Source of the DNA: Eledone cirrhosa
Lineage: Eukaryota
NCBI GenBank assembly: GCA_964016885.1
Contig: OZ024751.1
Coordinates: 35,898,001-35,962,000, forward strand
Reading direction: 5' to 3'
DNA: 64,000 nucleotides
Translations under genes and position numbers: made by a program
Shown here: positions 59,177 to 64,000 of the stretch, piece by piece
How the letters are laid out: each line of letters opens with the position of its first letter
Position numbering within the stretch: the stretch's first letter is position 1
The notes under the pieces: generated by a model
Databases searched by the model: none
What the model was told of the DNA's origin: nothing
What the model saw: the letters and a program-made list of their open reading frames with translations, nothing else

Positions 59177-60811
59177 CATTCTTTATTATGACTTCGCGTG
59201 TTACTATGGAGTTTCGCCTATGTAATATATATATATATATGTATATATACACACACATATATATATACATACACACACACACACACACACACGCATATAT
59301 ATATATATATACATTTGCACCCCCCCCCACAGAAATATATATGTATGTATGTACATATTCCTACCATTATAAATATATAGAGACAATCAACTATGTTTTA
59401 AATGGTACTTCAAATACATTAAAATGATTGATATGACTCGAACTATATCACAAACAGTTGCAAATCATTCAGAGATGTTTAAGATAAAATTTAAAATACT
59501 ATATTGCTTTTAAACTGATTAAATCTGAATAAAACTTTAATACTAACTTAAAATATTTGGATTTAGTCTGTATTATTTAGACACTGTAACTTTGATTCAC
59601 AAATATAGTAGATAAGAGTATTTTTATTTTAGTCTGTATACATAAAATATCTTTTGTTATAAAATATGATAAATTTAAGACTAACACAAGATAGTGTCTT
59701 GTCTTTATTTAATAATTAATCTTTTTGTTTGTTGTAAGCTTTAGCTTAGAATAATTACTATCATGTTCTTTAATCATGTTTTCTATTACTGGCTCACGTC
59801 AGTTCAACTCGGTTTGTCTGTTTACTAGTATGTGCTACTACTTTTTTTTTTACTAGTATTTCACCAACAGACCGCACAGGATTCTGCCGTATACGACACT
59901 GTGGTAACAATATTGTAAATTAGATTGACAAAGGTATCGTAATCATGGTATATCGATCCGACCACTACAGAAGTGAGAGAGCAAATAAGACAAAAAGGGA
60001 ATGAGAGAACAGAAGGACGTGGTTTTTTCTGTTATATTTTGCCTAATTTTCTGGGCTGCGTGAGTCACACTTTACTATTTCCTGCAAACTATTTGCAGAA
60101 TTTTATTTCCGTATTCATTTATTTCAATCATTACACCTTTATTCGTTAATTCTTTTACTGGCTCCAGATTTAATTGATCATACCGATGTCAGTATGGTCT
60201 TTCTACTGGCTATGCTAGGGCACCGTCTTAAAATGATCTAGTGGATGACATCAACCCTGGGATACTTTTACTGTTATTAGACAGCGTCTATGGTGGTGCT
60301 AGTCTTAAAGGGATTTAGACCATTACATTAATCCCAGTACATATTGTTTTACAAGTTTGCTACTTATTTTATCGTATTCAGTTCTGTCTATATCAATGGT
60401 TTTATTTTTCAGACTAATTCATATTTCCAAAATATCTTTATTTGTTTAGTTGTTTATGTTGCTGCAGTTTGTATATGTTAAAGTTATTAATTGATGGATG
60501 GGAAGATAGAAATAAAATCTCCACCATCTTACTTTTTTAGATTGTTAGTGGAGAGACAATCTACCTATACTATGACACCAGCAACACACGCCATTCAACA
60601 ATTAGAAGATATTTTGTACAGGAGCATAATTATAGATTCTCACACATCCATAGCAATGACACAACACTCAATGATTATTTTTAAACATAGCACAATTAAT
60701 AGTACACACACACAAATACACACACTGCATACACTCATATATGCATACATGTACACACCTACAGAAATATACATGTATTCATATACATATGTATGCATAT
60801 ATATGTGTATA

Positions 60812-60900
<89 letters not shown>

Positions 60901-61414
60901 ATATGTATATATACAAATAAATATGCATATATTTATACATATACACACACATATATATATATATAAATACATACATATATATATATACATACATACATAT
61001 ATATATATACATATGCATATATATATATATATACATCACACATACACATATATACACACGAATGACAACTAATGTATCATTAACGTTACTATAAAACTAT
61101 AAAAATAGAAAACGTGATACAAAAACACTGGAATGTCTGGCAAATAACAAAACAAAGAAAAAATAAATAGAATAAAACAAAGAAAAAACAAATATAAAAA
61201 ATGGCTGCTGAAAATTCTGTAAAAAAAAATCGAAATAAACAGAAACAAATATATATTTTATTTATTTATTAAGTTGTTTGTTTATTTTAGTTTTGGTTCA
61301 TACAAATATTGAATTTCTTTAGGTTAGCACCTTTTTTGAACAATCTGTATCAATTGTCATAATAAAACAACAACAATAATAATAATAAAAAAGAGATGAA
61401 CAAAAAAATGAACA

Positions 61415-61484
<70 letters not shown>

Positions 61485-61543
61485 GTTGTTATTATTATCA
61501 TTATTATCATTATTATTATCAAATATGAAAACTAACAAAAACT

Positions 61544-61615
<72 letters not shown>

Positions 61616-62095
61616 AAATAATGTAATGGAAAGGGGAAATAATTGAAGAAATGAGGAGAAAGACAGTGGAATTGGTACAGAAGAAAACATGGTTTATATT
61701 GGTGAAACCGGAAAAAAGGTTAGGAGTAATAGAGAAAATTAGCGGAAGGAAGTAGCGAAAAAATATATAACAAAATATTTAAAAATAAAAAAAGAAGCGT
61801 GTAGATTAAGGGTGAAAAGAAAATGTGTTAAAAGAATCTAATGTTACACGACAAACTGAAATTAATGTTATCGATAGTGAAAGGGATACACAACATAATT
61901 GTGTTAAGGAAACTAAATATGAGTATAAATAACAACAAATATTGTGTTGTTTGTTGTGAATGGCGTCGTTGTTATACCAGGCTTTCTTACAATACATTTT
62001 TGTTGCTGGTTAAATGTGTTTGTGTGTGTGTTGTAAGTGTGTTATAAGTGTTGTGTGTTTTCTGGTTTGTATCTGGTTTGTGTGTGTGTTTTCTG

Positions 62096-62126
<31 letters not shown>

Positions 62127-62984
62127 TGTATGTATGTATGTATGTATGTATGTATGTATGTATGTATGTATGTATATGTGTTACCGGTGATGTTAATATT
62201 TTCTTCTTTTCGGGTTATAGCTACTGTCGCTACGAGAGAAGGATTGGCTCAGTGCACAGTCTTTCCTCACTTTAAAAAATATCTTCACGCACAGTCATTG
62301 CACGATAGAATTAATTAATAATTATTAATAATGGTATATCGTGCAATGGCCATACTCGATAATGAGGGGGCAGCCATTATATATGTGTGTTCTGCTCTGT
62401 AGGTAGTTGAATTTGTTTGTGTGTGTTTTTCTGGTATGTTGCTGGTTGAATATGTTTGTGAGTGTGCTGCGAGTGTGGTGTGTTTTCTGGTTTGTATCAG
62501 ATTGAATATGTTTGTGTGTGTATTTGTTGTAACTGTGGTTGTTTGAGATAATTCTTCTGTGTGCCCATGTGTATAATTGTGTGTGATTTTGACGTATGTG
62601 TATCTGTGTGCCTGTCTGTCTGAGTGTGTATGACTCTGTGTGTGTGTGTGTGTGTGTGTGACTGTATGTATATCTGTAGGTGTTTATGTGCTAATGCGTG
62701 TTACACAATATAGGTGATATTATATCTGTTGATACTGTAATGCGCCATTAAAAACTCGCTTCTTTTGAAGATCTCGCTTCCATATCCTTAGTTATTTTAC
62801 ATTCAGTTTTATACATTGTTAAAGATACACAATATTTCACATTCAGTTTTAGACATTGATAAAGGTACATAATATTTCTCATGGTTTTTCTTCTTCTTAC
62901 TGTTTTATTTCATTGTTTCTCGTGGCATTTCTTTATCGGAAACAACAAAACAATTAATGGTTTACAATAGAATAGCAAGGCAAC

Positions 62985-63140
62985 GAATTGGCAGAGTCTT
63001 TAGAAAATGTCTGATAGAATGCTCTGTGGTATTCGTTGCGGCTCTCTCCTCGCTGAGTTCAAATCCCACCGAGATCATCTTTGACCTTCATCATATCGAG
63101 GTCGATAAAAGTGTACCAGTCTAGTACTGGGGACAATTCT
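62985..63140 (+). mobile_element. Diverged SINE
   Basis: ttggcagagtc..gagttcaaatcccaccgag..tcgaggtcgataaaagtgtacc. A similar relic lies at ~56790-56915 (minus). Confidence 0.65.
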
Positions 63141-63378
63141 GCCTCTATATCTCTTTGTCATTTCCATTTTCTCCCTCTGTATTCTTCTCTGGAAGAATTT
63201 TGGTGTATATAGAAACGCTGTATGTCACTGCGGCACCCAAAACGATTCTCTTGGGAGTTACGGCACGATAGATAGAATAGCAAGGTATTATATCTAAGAA
63301 ATATAGGTGTCCTTTATATGTACGGACTATTTAAGGGATAGTTTTTAAAATAGTACCTACATACACTCAGACATTGAC

Positions 63379-63439
<61 letters not shown>

Positions 63440-63494
63440 TTATATATATGTATATATATATATGTATATATATATATTTATGTATATATTTATA

Positions 63495-63525
<31 letters not shown>

Positions 63526-63530
63526 TTATG

Positions 63531-63585
<55 letters not shown>

Positions 63586-63614
63586 GTATATATATATATG
63601 TATATATATATATG

Positions 63615-63645
<31 letters not shown>

Positions 63646-63669
63646 GTATATATATATGTATATATATAT

Positions 63670-63701
<32 letters not shown>

Positions 63702-63704
63702 GTA

Positions 63705-63747
<43 letters not shown>

Positions 63748-63774
63748 GTATATATATATATATATATGTATATG

Positions 63775-63847
<73 letters not shown>

Positions 63848-63895
63848 GTATATATATGTATATATGTATATATATATATATATATACATATGTAC

Positions 63896-63979
<84 letters not shown>

Positions 63980-64000
63980 GTACATATATATATATATATA

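Overview
Repeat-saturated, AT-rich, essentially non-coding animal genomic DNA, most likely cephalopod (octopus-like, inferred from the microsatellite load and SINE family). Almost all ORF-track calls are microsatellite translations ([12 protein letters not shown], poly-V/T). The only recognisable coding remnants are a 5'-truncated R4/Dong-type RLE retrotransposon in (TAA)n (28955-29760) and two RTE-type LINE 3' ends. About a dozen copies of one tRNA-derived SINE and several satellites are present. The main result is a large set of short non-coding elements in or beside (TA)n runs, belonging to at least 8 sequence-unrelated families that share one design: a type I hammerhead ribozyme (HHR) with a short or palindromic stem III, often a long fold-back inverted repeat, and usually a ~80-110 nt tail opening with a conserved RCTC...GAGYRC hairpin. 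This fits non-autonomous Penelope-like (pLTR) or retrozyme-like elements. Two members are ~600-nt tandem units. The youngest (41031-42541) has one HHR per 591-nt unit, with the C3-G8 pair swapped to U3-A8, and predicts a 591-nt self-cleaving RNA that may circularise. All structures were read by eye; no folding program or database search was run.
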